64,000 nucleotides of DNA from Stegostoma tigrinum. Its lineage: Eukaryota. Below are positions 61,800 to 64,000 of this stretch, one piece after another (positions within the stretch are counted from its first letter, which is position 1; every line of letters starts with the position of its first letter). The stretch is taken from contig NC_081365.1 in the NCBI RefSeq assembly GCF_030684315.1, positions 45,865,205 to 45,929,204 on the forward strand, in the 5' to 3' direction. The position numbers and the translations under genes are program-made. The notes beneath the pieces were generated by a model. The model saw nothing but the letters and a program-made list of their open reading frames with translations, had not been told where the DNA came from and made no database searches.

Positions 61800-62330
61800 C
61801 AGAAATGTTTTGAGGTGTGACTGGCGCTCGAAAAGACTTAAAAAATGTTGTTAGGTGCTGTTCTAAGTAACACTCGAGCCAGAGCAATGTGGGAGCAGTC
61901 GGAACCTATTTCCAACGAGGCTGGTTTCAGTCGGAAGTTGCGAAGAGCGGCACTGGTCAGGAGGTCTGTTTGAGAAACGTTCGAATCTGTCTGGAACGTG
62001 GCGGCCCGGGCGCGAGTCTAACCGTTTCTAGGTAACGGCGGCCCCGGGCGCGAGCCTAACCGTGTCTGGGTAACGGCGGCCCCGGGCGCGAGCCTAACCG
62101 TCTCTGGGTAACGGCGGCCCCGGGCGCGAGCTTAACCGTGTCTGGGTAACGGTGGCCCCGGGCACGAGCTTAACCGTCTCTGGGTAACGGCGGCCCGTGC
62201 ACGGCGCGTGGAGATTGTGCCGTTTTCGCGCTGTAGGAGACTGAGTGATTCCGCTCTCGTCAGGGATGTGAGCCCCGTTCCGGGATCCACCACAGTCACT
62301 CGCTCCTGTATGTCGCCCTCTGAATCTAAT
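61800..62330. promoter_or_regulatory. CpG-rich promoter-like region of a further gene
   Basis: High CpG density against a CpG-poor background; ETS-type CGGAAGT at 61932-61938; X-box-like array; possible donor AT|GTGAGC at 62268. Confidence 0.55.
61988..62200. repeat. 38-bp GC-rich minisatellite, ~5.5 copies
   Basis: Unit GTAACGGCGGCCCCGGGCGCGAGCCTAACCGTGTCTGG; GTAAC recurs at 62032, 62070, 62108, 62146, 62184. Confidence 0.95.
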
Positions 62331-64000
62331 CTCATTTTCAAACCCTCTTTCAGAGCATCCTTCAAACTCCACCAAGTTTAGTTCATCTGTTCACTTCACA
62401 GCTCCTTCGCTTAGTTCAACGCCACAAAATAGTTCAATCCGTAGCTTTATGGGGAAAAAGATAGGAAAGTGGCGAGGAGGATTATTATATCGGCATTGAA
62501 CGGGCGAGCAGACTCATTGGTGTGAATGGCCTAATTCTGCTCCTTAGTGTTTTTGTTGGGCCTGTCAAGCGATCAACTGATGTGTAAAGGTGACATTGAG
62601 CATGTTCAATCAGCAGAATACAACGTGTCTCTTCCAGCTGAAGCATGTGTTCCCCTCGTCTGTCTTTATTTCCTAACTTTCTTCATTCTTTCACGGTATG
62701 TGGGTGTCACTTGAGACCAGCATTTGTATTCCAACAGTAAATGTTTTTGGAATGAGAGAGGTGCACAATGAACAATTAACCACATGGCAGTGAATCTGCA
62801 GTCGTACATAGGTAAGACCAGGTAAGAATGACAGATTCCCCTCTGTAAATTGTACTTGTGACCCAAATTAGTTTTTACGATAATTGTAATGATTTAATAG
62901 TCACCATGACAATAGCCCTTATCTTCCAGTTTATTTTGTTAGTTGGATTCAGGTTCTACTAGCTGCCTTGGTGGGATTGACTAGACTTCTGGATTACTAG
63001 TTCTGTGACATTACCAATATGCCACTATTTCTCTACTGTTCCATATCTTGCTTAATCTCTCTGCTGACAACCTTTCCTGTTAGATTGCTCCTGCTTCCTT
63101 TGATGACTTCTTTCCTGGATGTCCTCTGCCTAATATTTCACTCTCTCCACATTCGAGTTCTATCCCTCATCAGTGATCTTTCATTACTATTGCCTCCTCA
63201 TGCTCCCATTCTATTTCTTATATGTAGAAGATGAAGATAGAATTTGCTGTCAGTACGATGTGCTAAGTTGCTTTTGGCAATGCAGGATTTGCTTTTATTT
63301 ATTCATTTATTATTTTAATTATTTCATGTGGTTAGTGAGTACATTAAAATGTGGATTCAGAGTGTGGCTGCAATATGCATATAATAATAGATAATGATAT
63401 ACTTTCCATATACAGTCCAAGGTTTTATGATTTGGAGACTGTGAGTGGATTGATAACCTCTGTATGCGCTGTCATCCAGAAAATTCAGGATTATGTGTAA
63501 AAAGCCGACTAATATAACGTCTTCTATCAGTATCTATTTCGGGTTGTTGAAACAAATGGTTCTTTGTAAGACTACATTTTCTTGTTTTGTCTCTTTAGCT
63601 TTGGCCGCATCTGATTTAGAGTTTAAAAACTGTTGCTGCTTGACTGAGGAATTATGACCTTGATGTCTGTGAAATGGGATGGTTGTAGAGCGAATATAAC
63701 ATGAGTAATATAAATTTCCAAGGGAAACCTGAAACATTCCTTGATGCCCAGCACCAAATTCACAGAATTGGGATTGCATTTGTCTCTGATTAGCCTGGAG
63801 CTTATCCAACCAGTGTCTTGTTTGAGGTATTCTTGGTATACATCATAATGTGGTGGTGTCAACTATGTTAGTAGTGAGCCTAAAGGTTTTCCTGCATCCT
63901 AAAGGGGATTCATGGGTTATGCTTTAGAATTAAGCTGATATGTAATGTTTACATGTTTCACATTGCTTCCAGCTAATTTCAACTGCTGGAATTTTCCTCA

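Noticed and set aside
61988-62200. 38-bp repeats resembling a CRISPR array
   Set aside because: The units are contiguous with no unique spacers, the DNA is eukaryotic, and there are no cas genes.
63599-63830. Possible exon of the downstream gene (good pyrimidine tract and AG at 63598)
   Set aside because: No recognisable protein and all three frames contain stops; could be a UTR exon but is unsupported.

Overview
Eukaryotic (vertebrate) genomic DNA, almost certainly from a shark or other elasmobranch, judged from HE1-type V-SINEs, abundant CR1/L2 LINEs and Penelope-like elements. Two complete spliced genes lie in tandem on the + strand: a GABA-A rho receptor subunit most like GABRR3 (9 coding exons, 14458-37148, 465 aa) and TIPRL (7 coding exons, 45610-56246, 279 aa, plus a probable non-coding first exon in a GC-rich promoter at ~43.5-43.73 kb). 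A ~3.8 kb G/A-rich satellite with a 953-bp higher-order duplication separates them. A second CpG-rich promoter-like region at ~61.8-62.3 kb contains a 38-bp minisatellite in which every unit carries an RFX X-box-like palindrome. Most long ORFs in the track are retrotransposon debris or satellite artefacts. The most notable points are: (1) minimal hammerhead ribozyme motifs in the termini of at least four Penelope-like families, three copies with intact cores; (2) TSD-flanked, internally inverted mini-insertions built only from those termini; (3) a Thr-to-Ile change at the 7' position of the rho-subunit channel helix M2; (4) the X-box array; (5) two nested CR1 insertions that both hit the FADD codons of another CR1. 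All calls come from reading the sequence and recalling families; no searches were run.
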